A DNA stretch of 64,000 nucleotides, taken from Muribaculaceae bacterium. GTDB lineage: Bacteria > Bacteroidota > Bacteroidia > Bacteroidales > Muribaculaceae. Location of the stretch: assembly GCA_022509205.1 (NCBI GenBank), contig JAFLTR010000003.1, positions 13,151 to 77,150 of the forward strand, given 5' to 3'. Positions 29,905 through 39,156 of this stretch are shown piece by piece. The number at the start of each line of letters is the position of its first letter. Position 1 is the first letter of the stretch. Under the pieces are notes generated by a model, which had not been told where the DNA came from, did no database searches, and saw nothing but the letters and a program-made list of their open reading frames with translations. The translations under genes were made by a program, and so were the position numbers.

Positions 29905-30705
29905 CTATTTCAGGTTTGATAACAGGTAATTTAGCCAGGATGTTAGCTCCCGGAGCATTTGGTCTCTTTGTTTGAAATTGGTGCGGTAGCCCCAGCCATG
30001 GCCCCCCTCCGGATAAATAAACATGGCCGCGGGGACATCATTATCTACGAGGGCGTTATAATAGAGGATACTGTTGATCGGTTTCACAGCCTTGTCATCG
30101 CTGCTTAAGGCCATAAAAGCCGGAGGAGTGGAGGCGGTAACATTTTTATCGGATGACCATTCCAAGACCTCTTCCGCTGATGGATTATCACCCAAAAAAC
30201 CTTTTCTGGTGCCGGCATGGGTCAGTTCATTGTCAAGGGAAATCACCGGATAGAAAAGTATCTGGAAGGCGGGGGAAGCGTCTTCTGTGGGATGAGTGGC
30301 TACAGCCGAAGCAAGATGACCTCCGGCCGACGAACCCATAATTCCGATCTTGTCGGGATTTATACCCCAGTTTTCGGCGCTGTCTTTCATAATGACAAAT
30401 GCTTTCCGGATATCATTCAAAGGTATATTCTTATCGCCACCAGGCAGGTTATATTCCACCACGGTATAGGCGAATCCCAGGTTATTGAAGAAAGGGGCCC
30501 AGTAGTAGCCTTCATGATTTTGAGCAAGATGTGAATACCCCCCACCGGGGCAGGCCACTACCGCAAAACCGTTTCCCATATCCTTTGGAGGAAGGAAAAC
30601 TTTCATTTTAGGCGAATCAAATTCCACCACTCTCGATTGGGCAAAGAGTGATGAGGATAAAGAAGCAAACATTAAGAAAGAAATAAGAAAAAAGGTCCTG
30701 ATCAT
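29905..30705 (-). CDS. Exported alpha/beta-hydrolase carbohydrate esterase (pectin/xylan acetylesterase-like)
   Basis: CPGGGY, GSSAGGHLA nucleophile elbow, SDD, GGHGWG; signal peptide. Confidence 0.85.
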   Translation of the reverse strand: MIRTFFLISFLMFASLSSSLFAQSRVVEFDSPKMKVFLPPKDMGNGFAVVACPGGGYSHLAQNHEGYYWAPFFNNLGFAYTVVEYNLPGGDKNIPLNDIRKAFVIMKDSAENWGINPDKIGIMGSSAGGHLASAVATHPTEDASPAFQILFYPVISLDNELTHAGTRKGFLGDNPSAEEVLEWSSDKNVTASTPPAFMALSSDDKAVKPINSILYYNALVDNDVPAAMFIYPEGGHGWGYRTNFKQRDQMLRELTSWLNYLLSNLK

Positions 30706-31010
30706 AGTCGAAATTAAACTTGCGGAATTGGGTTAAAAACTTAAATGCAAAAATAGCAAGAGAAACGGAATAAATAGTTGTTTTAATAGGTATTTTATTT
30801 GTAAAAATGTGAAGTAATGGATATTGGAAAAATAGGATACATCAGAATTTTTTAACAAATTACATCATTCACCCTGCATCCCAACCTACCTTTCATTTCT
30901 TTGGGTATTTATGCGGATAATCAATTTGAAAAATTGAAATATGTAATTTGATAAAGCATGGCAATAATGAATTTAAATTTAATAAGAGCTTGACTTTAAG
31001 ATTTTTTTGC

Positions 31011-31045
31011 TATTTTTGTGTTAGCGATCAATAACGTTGTGTTAG
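31011..31045 (+). promoter_or_regulatory. -7 box overlapped by a 21-bp-period direct repeat
   Basis: TATTTTTG 31011-31018; TTGTGTTAG at 31016 and 31037. Confidence 0.5.
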
Positions 31046-31124
31046 AAGTTTAAACTTATTTACAAATTCAAAACAAAAAATTTTAAACACCTTTAATTTA
31101 AGATTTCAAGGGTTTAACATTTCT

Positions 31125-32591
31125 ATGCGTCACGTATCCGAAAAATCTATACTTTTTTTGCTCGCATTGATTACGATAGCAAATGGGTTTGCGGCAGATG
31201 AACCGTGGAACCATGGTGACCTTCGCGTTTCCGACAACCGGCGTTTCCTCTGTCATGCCGACGGGGAGCCGTTTTTTTGGTTGGGCGACACCGGATGGCT
31301 CCTCCCCGAACGTCTCGACCGTGACGAAGCAGCCTATTACCTTAAACGAACGGCTGAAGACGGCTTCAATGTAGTGCAGATTCAGGTAATCAACAATATA
31401 CCCTCTTTCAATTCCTATGGCGCTATGTCCCATCCCGACGGATGGAATCTATCGGCCATCGACAGTATCCCCGGCTACGGTTACTGGGACCATCTCGACT
31501 ACATAGTGGACCAAGCCCGGAAAGAGGGCATCTACATCGGAATGGTTTGTATCTGGGGAGGGTTGGTGAAAGCCGGACTCATGAATGAGGAGCAGGGCGA
31601 AGAATATGGCCGTTTTCTTGCTAACCGCTATGGGAAACATCCCAATATTATATGGATTATAGGAGGAGATATCCAGGGAGATGTAAAGCCCGAAGTGTGG
31701 GAAAAGCTTGCAACCACCATCCGCGGGAAGGATTCCGACCATCTCATGACTTTCCATCCGCGCGGTCGGACCACTTCGGCCCGTTGGTTCAATTCCCGGC
31801 CATGGCTCGACTTCAACATGTTTCAGAGTGGCCACCGTCGATATGGCCAGCGGATGGGCAATAAAGACTATCCTATACCCGACGGCACTGAAGAAGACTC
31901 ATGGATGTATGTCGACTCTGCCACAAATGTCCTGCCTCTCAAGCCTGTGCTGGATGGAGAACCAAGCTATGAAGATATCCCTCAAGGGCTTCATAGCCCT
32001 GACGAACCTCGATGGGGAGCTAAAGATGTGCGTCGATATGCATATTGGTCGGTCTTTGCCGGTTCGTGTGGTCACACCTACGGCCACAACTCCATAATGC
32101 AGTTTGTGCGTCCCGGTATTGAGGGTGCCTATTTTGCCGATGGCGATTCCAAACCCTGGTGGAGAGCCATGGATGACCCCGGACGAAAGCAACTTAAACA
32201 TCTCAAGAATCTCATGCTGGCATTCCCTTATTTCGAGCGTGTTGCCGACAGCCTGATCGTGGTTGACAACGGCATCAGATACGACAGATTGCTCGCCACT
32301 CGCGGAAATGACTATTTGCTTGTCTATAATCATTCCGGACGTCAAATGACGCTTGATCTGAGTCGTATCTCAGGTAAGGAAAAATCGTTATGGTGGATGA
32401 ACCCCACAAACGGTGAACTGCATTACATCGGCACCCGGCCTGACGGTATTGTTTCTCTCACTTCCCCGGCCCCGGCCGGCGACGATCTTGTGGTCATCGC
32501 CACTGATTCCTCTTCGTCCTATCTCTCCCCTTCTATGAGATTCCTTCCTGAAGCACGGAATTCCGACATCCCTCCCGACTTAACCGAATAA
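31125..32591 (+). CDS. GH140 apiosidase-family glycoside hydrolase (DUF4038)
   Basis: PFFWLGDTGW, GFNVVQIQV, WIIGGD, MTFHP, FNMFQSGH, KPVLDGEPSYE, GHTYGH. Confidence 0.88.
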   Translation: MRHVSEKSILFLLALITIANGFAADEPWNHGDLRVSDNRRFLCHADGEPFFWLGDTGWLLPERLDRDEAAYYLKRTAEDGFNVVQIQVINNIPSFNSYGAMSHPDGWNLSAIDSIPGYGYWDHLDYIVDQARKEGIYIGMVCIWGGLVKAGLMNEEQGEEYGRFLANRYGKHPNIIWIIGGDIQGDVKPEVWEKLATTIRGKDSDHLMTFHPRGRTTSARWFNSRPWLDFNMFQSGHRRYGQRMGNKDYPIPDGTEEDSWMYVDSATNVLPLKPVLDGEPSYEDIPQGLHSPDEPRWGAKDVRRYAYWSVFAGSCGHTYGHNSIMQFVRPGIEGAYFADGDSKPWWRAMDDPGRKQLKHLKNLMLAFPYFERVADSLIVVDNGIRYDRLLATRGNDYLLVYNHSGRQMTLDLSRISGKEKSLWWMNPTNGELHYIGTRPDGIVSLTSPAPAGDDLVVIATDSSSSYLSPSMRFLPEARNSDIPPDLTE

Positions 32592-32624
32592 TTAACTGAA
32601 ACATTCCTAACGTATATAAACACC

Positions 32625-33698
32625 ATGAGAAATTTTTTTGTAGCAATAATGTTGGCGACCACTGTTGCCGGAAGTTTTGCAGCGCCCCGTAACTGGAAAG
32701 CGACTCTTAGAGAGACCGACCCTGAATTTTTCAAGACTGATGAGGCAAAGATGATTGGCGACAATCTGCTTTTGTTTCAACGGGAAACCGGAGGCTGGCA
32801 GAAAAACACAGATATGACTTATCCTCTTACGGCAACGGAGAGAGACAGCATTGCAGCCGACAAGAGCAGGCGTGATGACTCAACAATCGACAATGACGCG
32901 ACCACAATACAGATGAACTTTCTGGCACGCCTTTATAACGCCTCGGGCGATAGCCGATATAGTGACGGGTTCAATCATGCCCTTGAATTTCTTCTATCCG
33001 GTCAATATAAGGATGGAGGCTGGCCTCAGTTCTGGCCTGACAATGAGGGTTATCAGGTGCATATCACATACAACGACGATGCAATAGCCAATATCCTGAA
33101 ACTATTCCGCGATGTCATTAACGGGCAGGAACCATATCAGGGGACACTAATTGACGAAAGTATGCGTGCCCGGCTTCAGGACTCTTTCAATCGAGGCATC
33201 GAGTGTATCCTGGCCACTCAGATAATGGTCAACGACGAACCGACAGTATGGTGTCAACAGCATGACCATATCACCTACGCTCCTGCACCGGCCCGCACTT
33301 ACGAACTTCCCTCATTCTGCTCGCAGGAGAGCGCCATGATTGTGGAGTTATTGATGTCATTGCCAAATCCCGATCAACGAGTGAAACGTTCAATCCACGG
33401 GGCCATGAAATGGTTTGATGATAATAAGCTCGAGGGTTATGCAATCGAAAGGACCGGCCGAAGAGGCGACCCCGATTATGATGTGAAATTAGTGGAACGG
33501 CCAGGTGCCGGTCCGTTGTGGGCACGCTTCTATGATCTGGAAAACTGTCGCCCATTCGTATGCGACCGTGATGGAGTGCCACGTGAACGCCTTGACCAGA
33601 TCGGTGCTGAACGTCGCCACGGATATAGCTGGTATAACGACCGCGCGGCTGCACTCTACCCTCTCTACGAAGCCTGGAAGACAACAAACGGGGAATAA
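32625..33698 (+). CDS. pelA: Pectate lyase, family PL10
   Basis: GGWQKN, STIDNDAT, GGWPQF, ITYNDDA, WCQQHD, ARTYEL, WARFY, ERRHGYSW. Confidence 0.93.
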   Translation: MRNFFVAIMLATTVAGSFAAPRNWKATLRETDPEFFKTDEAKMIGDNLLLFQRETGGWQKNTDMTYPLTATERDSIAADKSRRDDSTIDNDATTIQMNFLARLYNASGDSRYSDGFNHALEFLLSGQYKDGGWPQFWPDNEGYQVHITYNDDAIANILKLFRDVINGQEPYQGTLIDESMRARLQDSFNRGIECILATQIMVNDEPTVWCQQHDHITYAPAPARTYELPSFCSQESAMIVELLMSLPNPDQRVKRSIHGAMKWFDDNKLEGYAIERTGRRGDPDYDVKLVERPGAGPLWARFYDLENCRPFVCDRDGVPRERLDQIGAERRHGYSWYNDRAAALYPLYEAWKTTNGE

Positions 33699-33710
33699 AA
33701 TCCCCGTTTG
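33685..33710. terminator. Hairpin between convergent PL10 and GH105 genes
   Basis: CAAACGGGGA-ATAAAA-TCCCCGTTTG. Confidence 0.6.
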
Positions 33711-33732
33711 CTCTTTGAATGTCGATCACTTT

Positions 33733-35436
33733 CTATCTTCTAAATTTCTTAGTGGCCTTTCCGTCGCGTATCTCTATAAAGAGTCCCTTGGGAGTTGAAG
33801 AGAGACGATGGCCAAAAATATCGAAGAGCATCGGAGAGGTAGTCACGTCTGCTTTTGTAGTATCGATGGATGTATTATCAGGTTCCGATGGTTCTGAGGG
33901 ATCCGAAGGTTCCGAAGGATCTGATGGTTCCGTAGGTTCCGTAGGTTCTGATGGTTCCGATGGATCCGTAGGTCCCGAAGGATCTGAAGGTCCGGAAGGA
34001 TCTGATGGATCCGAAGGTTCTGATGGTTCTGAAGGTTCTGATGGATCCGTAGGTCCCGATGGATCTGATGGATCTGATGGATCTGATGGATCCGATGGTT
34101 CTGAAGGTTCCGAAGGTTCTGAGGGTTCTGATGGATCCGAAGGTCCCGAAGGATCTGAGGGTTCCGAAGGTTCCGATGGTTCTGAAGGTTCTGAAGGTTC
34201 CGAGTATTTCTCATACTCAAGGCTTGCCATAATGAATGACCCGATACCTTTCCCTTCGTTGGAGACGATATTTACATCACTGCCGTCGAGATAATAGTCA
34301 GCCGTGCCGTTGCGTTCCGTATTATAATAGGGCCCGAGTCCGGCAGAGCGGCAGATATTATGGATGTCTATACCATGGGAATTTTCCGTTATGAATTCGG
34401 CAATCAAACCCTCGTAGGCTTTTAATGCCACGGGACTGTAAGTAGCGGAGTCAAGCAAGCCGAGACGTATTCCTTTCAGCAAGGCGTATGTGAACATACT
34501 CGATGCTGAAGCCTCAAGATAGTTGCGATTCCCTTTTGCGCTTACAAATGAATCGTCATACTGCAAGAGCTGATACCACACTCCGCTCTTCTGATCCTGC
34601 CAGCGGCTTATGCCTTCGGCCACTTGGGTGAATATTTCCGCTAATGCCCCGTAGTCGGGATGATCCTTGGGCATAAATCCTAACACATCTACCAAAGCTG
34701 CCGCATACCAACCCATTCCTCTTCCCCAAAATTCTTTGCTGCATCCTTTATAGGGATCATTTTTATTGGCCCAGAAAGAATTCATGTCTGAAGGATTGGC
34801 ACTCCATCCATGATAATTGAGGGATTTATCTCCATTATAGGTATGTTTGTGGATTGTTGTGAACTGCAGGGCAATGTCCGACCATCCCTCTGAGTCGTCC
34901 GGGGCGAAATGGGCGAGATATTCCGCATAGAAAGCCGCTCCCATATAGAGGCCGTCGAGCCACATCTGATCCGGGTAAGAATCCTTATGGATAAAACCTC
35001 CGTTCCCCTCTTTGAGAGAGATGCGGGTGTATTCGTAGCGCAGATAATTATAGAGATAGTCGGCAGCCTGACGATAGCGTTCGGCATTAGATGGGTTTAC
35101 TGCTGATTCAAAGGCATAAAGATCTAACAGCACCTTCCCGGACGCTATGTTATCAAGACTCCCCTTCTTGAAGTTATAGAAATTTCCGGAGCCGTTGATA
35201 GCATTGTCTGCATAAGTCTTACACCATTGGTAGGCCTGTTGTGAAAGAGCCTCATCCGGGTATTGGTCACAAAACGTAAGGATTGTTTTAGCCACTAACC
35301 CGCTCACATAGTCCCAGGCCTTTTCGGCCGACCATTCCTTGCCGTGGGACTGAATCATGGAGGCGGAATATTGAGCGGTTTGCGAGTAAGACGTGAGGGA
35401 GACAACTGCAACCAGGACAAAAATAATTCGCTTCAT
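33733..35436 (-). CDS. GH105 unsaturated (rhamno)galacturonyl hydrolase with Pro/Ser/acidic stalk and T9SS-type CTD
   Basis: WDYVSG, HKDSYPDQMWLDGLYM, FWGRGMGWY, NYLEASASSMF; 36 tripeptide repeats; LFDIFGHRL...GLFI...KK tail. Confidence 0.9.
   Translation of the reverse strand: MKRIIFVLVAVVSLTSYSQTAQYSASMIQSHGKEWSAEKAWDYVSGLVAKTILTFCDQYPDEALSQQAYQWCKTYADNAINGSGNFYNFKKGSLDNIASGKVLLDLYAFESAVNPSNAERYRQAADYLYNYLRYEYTRISLKEGNGGFIHKDSYPDQMWLDGLYMGAAFYAEYLAHFAPDDSEGWSDIALQFTTIHKHTYNGDKSLNYHGWSANPSDMNSFWANKNDPYKGCSKEFWGRGMGWYAAALVDVLGFMPKDHPDYGALAEIFTQVAEGISRWQDQKSGVWYQLLQYDDSFVSAKGNRNYLEASASSMFTYALLKGIRLGLLDSATYSPVALKAYEGLIAEFITENSHGIDIHNICRSAGLGPYYNTERNGTADYYLDGSDVNIVSNEGKGIGSFIMASLEYEKYSEPSEPSEPSEPSEPSDPSGPSDPSEPSEPSEPSEPSDPSDPSDPSDPSGPTDPSEPSEPSEPSDPSDPSGPSDPSGPTDPSEPSEPTEPTEPSDPSEPSDPSEPSEPDNTSIDTTKADVTTSPMLFDIFGHRLSSTPKGLFIEIRDGKATKKFRR
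33880..34203. repeat. 9-bp coding tandem repeat, 36 units of [S/T][E/D/G]P
   Basis: GGTTCTGA / GGATCTGA / GGTTCCGA unit variants across 324 bp. Confidence 0.95.
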
Positions 35437-35565
35437 AAATATAATGTTAGGAGTTGTTGCAAATTTAAGAAAAAAGGGATAAAAGTCATAAACGTTTTAG
35501 ACACAAAAGATAATCGTCGGGGAAACTTTGTTTGTAAAATCCCCACCTAACATATATATAAATGC

Positions 35566-35604
35566 AGAGAGCGAGTCAAAATTCGGAATTTTGACTCGCC
35601 CTCT
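35566..35604. repeat. Palindromic repeat family copy / terminator
   Basis: AGAGAGCGAGTCAAAATTC-G-GAATTTTGACTCGCCCTCT. Confidence 0.75.
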
Positions 35605-35625
35605 TTAGGGAAAATATCTTTCTTT

Positions 35626-36087
35626 TTATTTAGCTTTCTTAACCTTCAAAGCATAGTCTTTGTCGAAAGTGAGCTTTTGGCCGTCGGAAAGCTTGATCTT
35701 ATATTGATCTTTCTTAAATTTTATAGATGTAATAGTTGCATTAGGGAATTTCTCAGTCAGGGTCTTCCTTGCAATGTTGGGGAGAAGGTCGATCGGAGCA
35801 CCAACAGTAGATTTTTTAGCGCTTACCTGATACCAGTTGCCTGTGAGATCGAACCAAAGTTTTGTGCCGTTGTCAAGGTTTACGCGATACCACATCGGTT
35901 CGGTGGTCGGCCTCATCATCTTTGACCATGATTTGGCTACTTTTGCACCGGGATAGTAATCGTTGAGGAAAGTTTGAACTTGTGCCGGCATTTTGTCAAC
36001 CGGGGTAGGAACTCTTTCAGCATTTGCTACTGAACCACCAAGAACAAGAACTAAGGCAAGGCCTAAAACTTTTAATAACTTTTTCAT
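35626..36087 (-). CDS. PepSY-like / beta-lactamase-inhibitor-like periplasmic protein
   Basis: Signal peptide; two repeats of xPxxVxxFLxxxYP...YxVxLxxGxKLxFD. Confidence 0.85.
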   Translation of the reverse strand: MKKLLKVLGLALVLVLGGSVANAERVPTPVDKMPAQVQTFLNDYYPGAKVAKSWSKMMRPTTEPMWYRVNLDNGTKLWFDLTGNWYQVSAKKSTVGAPIDLLPNIARKTLTEKFPNATITSIKFKKDQYKIKLSDGQKLTFDKDYALKVKKAK

Positions 36088-36169
36088 AACCGTTAATTTT
36101 TAAAGTTGTTTATTAATTTATTTAATTGTTTTTCTTTTGAATTTATTGTTGTTTTACTCTGTTAACAAA

Positions 36170-36201
36170 ATTATAACCAACCGACCCCGAAAAAGGTTCA
36201 T
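36170..36201 (-). promoter_or_regulatory. Putative ECF-sigma-type promoter (copy 2 of 3)
   Basis: ATGAACC-N17-GTTATAAT on the minus strand; overlaps a TAATTTTG box. Confidence 0.45.
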
Positions 36202-36233
36202 GAAAAAAAATAAAAAAATATTATCTTTGCTAC

Positions 36234-37481
36234 ATGATACAGTTGCCACCCTCAAAAAGTATAGGTGCCCGCTATCTTGTGGCGACCTATTTCAGCGGAA
36301 CGTTACCGGCCGATCCGATCTTTCAAGACAATGACGATCTGATATTGTTGCAGCAGGCTCTCCTTGAAATTTTTTCTGACGAAGAGCCTATCGACTATGG
36401 GGATTCACCCATAGATGTCGGAGCCTCCGGCACTGCCTTACGTTTTGTCACGGCTGTATGCGCCTCTTCGCCCGGTGCCGACTATGTAATAACCGGCACG
36501 CCCCGACTAATGCAGCGTCCCATGGCTCCTCTTATTGATCTCCTCAGGGAAGCCGGGGCAGGAATACAGGCCTTGGGCGACAATGACTCCGGACCATATA
36601 GAATCACAGGCAACAGTCTTCCCGGAGGGGATTTCTCAATCCGCGGTGATGTAAGCTCCCAGTTTATATCTGCGTTGATGCTCGTCGCCCCCTATTGGGA
36701 GAAAGGGCTCAGGCTTAATTTCTCCACTCCCCTCGTGTCACGACCCTATATCGAAATGACGTCACGGCTGATGGAGAAATTCGGCGTAGAGGTCAAACTC
36801 ACAGATACCTTTGTGGAAGTGGCCCATGCCCGTTATAAAGTGCCGGAAAGTTTTGAGGTCGAGGCAGACTGGAGCGCCGCATCCTTCTTTTATGAAGCCG
36901 CATCCTTGGGAGCGGAAAATCTTGAATTGGAGCATCTCACCGATCCTGACAATTCCCTTCAGGGCGACTCAATTACAGCCGAATTATTCGCTAAATTGGG
37001 AGTGGAATCCACATTCAGCAAAACAGGAGCAACGCTTAATCTGCAAACTGCGGATATTTCCTCCCTTCCGGCAGTCAGTTTCAGGAATTGCCCGGATCTT
37101 GTTTTGCCATTTGCTCTGGCCTGTCTTTGCCGTGGGATAAAATTCCGATGTGAAGATGTGGCCCATCTGCGATTAAAGGAGAGTGACCGTATCGCGGCCT
37201 TACTGACCGAAGCACGGAAACTGGGCTACGACATTAAAGCTGATGAAGACAGTATAGAATGGCAGGGAGACACTCTTCCCGCTGAAGAAAATCCTGTGGT
37301 CGAAACCTATGACGACCATCGGGTGGCGATGGCTTTCGCTGTGGCTGCTTTGAAAACCGGAGAAATCAGGATAAGGAATCCGAGAGTGGTGGAAAAATCT
37401 TTCATCGATTTCTGGAATCAGCTTGCCAAAACAGGGTTATCCTGTCGCCCGGAGAATGATATAATGATTGTGACCCGTTAA
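36234..37481 (+). CDS. aroA: 3-phosphoshikimate 1-carboxyvinyltransferase
   Basis: PPSKS, GASGTALRF, VSSQFISAL, LRLKESDRI, YDDHRVAM. Confidence 0.95.
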   Translation: MIQLPPSKSIGARYLVATYFSGTLPADPIFQDNDDLILLQQALLEIFSDEEPIDYGDSPIDVGASGTALRFVTAVCASSPGADYVITGTPRLMQRPMAPLIDLLREAGAGIQALGDNDSGPYRITGNSLPGGDFSIRGDVSSQFISALMLVAPYWEKGLRLNFSTPLVSRPYIEMTSRLMEKFGVEVKLTDTFVEVAHARYKVPESFEVEADWSAASFFYEAASLGAENLELEHLTDPDNSLQGDSITAELFAKLGVESTFSKTGATLNLQTADISSLPAVSFRNCPDLVLPFALACLCRGIKFRCEDVAHLRLKESDRIAALLTEARKLGYDIKADEDSIEWQGDTLPAEENPVVETYDDHRVAMAFAVAALKTGEIRIRNPRVVEKSFIDFWNQLAKTGLSCRPENDIMIVTR

Positions 37482-37545
37482 CAAAGAACCCTCTTAGAAC
37501 CACACCCATTTAAACTTTACTCCGTACACTTAACATTGGAACGAC

Positions 37546-37992
37546 ATGACGGGAGCTCTCGTAATACTGGCCGCAATGATATTGGTGGGGTTCTTGCTCT
37601 ACATCACCGACGTGAAATATTTCCGGCATCATCATGGCTCGGCCCCCGAAGAGGCTCCGACAGTAGAAAATGATTCTGAAAACCAAAGCACGCAAGAGGA
37701 AGAGCCGGAGGTGTGTTGCGGACTGCATCTGGTTTGTGAGAAAACCTCCTTGCAGTTACTTACAGATGAGGTGGTTTACTACGATGACGAGGAACTCGAC
37801 CGGTTTGCAGAACGCGAACCTGAAAGCTATTCCCCTGAAGAGACGGAGGAATTTCGCGATGTCTTGATGACTCTTCTCCCACAGGATGTGGCAGGTTGGG
37901 CAAAGAGTATCACACTACGCAAAATCGAGCTCCCCGACGACGTGAAAGATGAATTGTTGATGCTTCTCGCGGAAATCAGAGCAGAAAAATAG
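37546..37992 (+). CDS. Conserved Bacteroidales membrane-anchored hypothetical protein
   Basis: N-terminal TM, CCGLHLVCEK, YYDDEELD, W.KS...R.IELP. Confidence 0.75.
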   Translation: MTGALVILAAMILVGFLLYITDVKYFRHHHGSAPEEAPTVENDSENQSTQEEEPEVCCGLHLVCEKTSLQLLTDEVVYYDDEELDRFAEREPESYSPEETEEFRDVLMTLLPQDVAGWAKSITLRKIELPDDVKDELLMLLAEIRAEK

Positions 37993-38052
37993 CCGGCCGG
38001 AGAAGAATAGTTGAGGGAAATTCGGTAATTTTGGGCTCAAATTAGAATTGAT

Positions 38053-39156
38053 ATGTCTTTGAAATGCGGTATAGTAGGCCTCCCCAATGTAGGGAAGTCA
38101 ACTTTGTTTAATTGTCTGAGCAGTGCGAAAGCTCAGTCGGCGAATTTCCCATTCTGCACCATAGAACCCAACGTTGGCATGATCACCGTGCCTGATGAAA
38201 GGCTCAATAAGCTTGTGGAGATGTGCAATCCACGAAGCGTTGTGCCGGCCACGGTGGAAATCGTTGATATTGCAGGGCTGGTGAAGGGAGCTTCAAAAGG
38301 AGAAGGTCTTGGCAATAAGTTCCTTGCAAATATCCGGGAGACCGATGCCATACTCCATGTATTGAGATGTTTCGACGATGATAATATCACCCATGTCGAC
38401 GGAAGTGTCGATCCGGTGAGAGATATGGAAATTATCAACTATGAGCTCCAGTTGAAAGATCTGGAGACCATAGAGAGTCGGCTTGCCAAGACCGAGAAGG
38501 CTGCAAAAAGCGGCGGTGACAAGAACGCTAAAATGCAGCTTGGAGTGCTTCAGGCATACAAAGAGGCCCTCGAACAGGGAAAACCTGCGCGAAGCGTTAC
38601 TTTCGAAACCGTCGACGAACAGAAATTTGCCAAAGAACTGTTTCTGCTCACAAATAAGCCGGTGCTTTATGTCTGCAACGTGGATGATGCATCTGCAGCG
38701 GAAGGGAATGCCTATGTGGAGGCGGTGAAGAAAGCCATAGAGGGTGAAAATGCCGAAATAATGGTAGTGGCCGCTGCCACGGAGAGTGATATCGCAGAAC
38801 TTGAGACCCCTGAGGAACGTGCAGAATTTCTTCAGGAGATAGGTCTGACAGAGAGCGGTGTGAGCCGTCTGATTAGGGCTGCTTACGCCTTGCTCGATCT
38901 CCAGACATATTTCACTGCCGGCCCTGATGAAGTTAGAGCATGGACCTTCCTGAGAGGAACCAAGGCGCCCCAGGCCGCAGGAATCATACACACAGATTTC
39001 GAAAAGGGTTTCATTCGTGCGGAGGTAATCAAATATGACGATTATGTGAGCCTCGGTTCCGAAACTGCTGTAAAGGATGCCGGGAAAATGGGAGTGGAAG
39101 GCAAGGAATATGTGGTGCAGGATGGCGATATAATGCATTTCCGGTTTAATGTCTGA
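38053..39156 (+). CDS. ychF: Ribosome-binding ATPase YchF
   Basis: GIVGLPNVGKST, ANFPFCTIEPN, DIAGLVKGASKGEGLGNKFL, HFRFNV. Confidence 0.97.
   Translation: MSLKCGIVGLPNVGKSTLFNCLSSAKAQSANFPFCTIEPNVGMITVPDERLNKLVEMCNPRSVVPATVEIVDIAGLVKGASKGEGLGNKFLANIRETDAILHVLRCFDDDNITHVDGSVDPVRDMEIINYELQLKDLETIESRLAKTEKAAKSGGDKNAKMQLGVLQAYKEALEQGKPARSVTFETVDEQKFAKELFLLTNKPVLYVCNVDDASAAEGNAYVEAVKKAIEGENAEIMVVAAATESDIAELETPEERAEFLQEIGLTESGVSRLIRAAYALLDLQTYFTAGPDEVRAWTFLRGTKAPQAAGIIHTDFEKGFIRAEVIKYDDYVSLGSETAVKDAGKMGVEGKEYVVQDGDIMHFRFNV

Noticed and set aside
33719-34294. 191-aa plus-strand (GS[D/E])n ORF and 33843..34220 alternate frame
   Set aside because: By-products of the 9-bp repeat in the GH105 linker
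38293-39138. 281-aa antisense ORF
   Set aside because: Shadow of ychF
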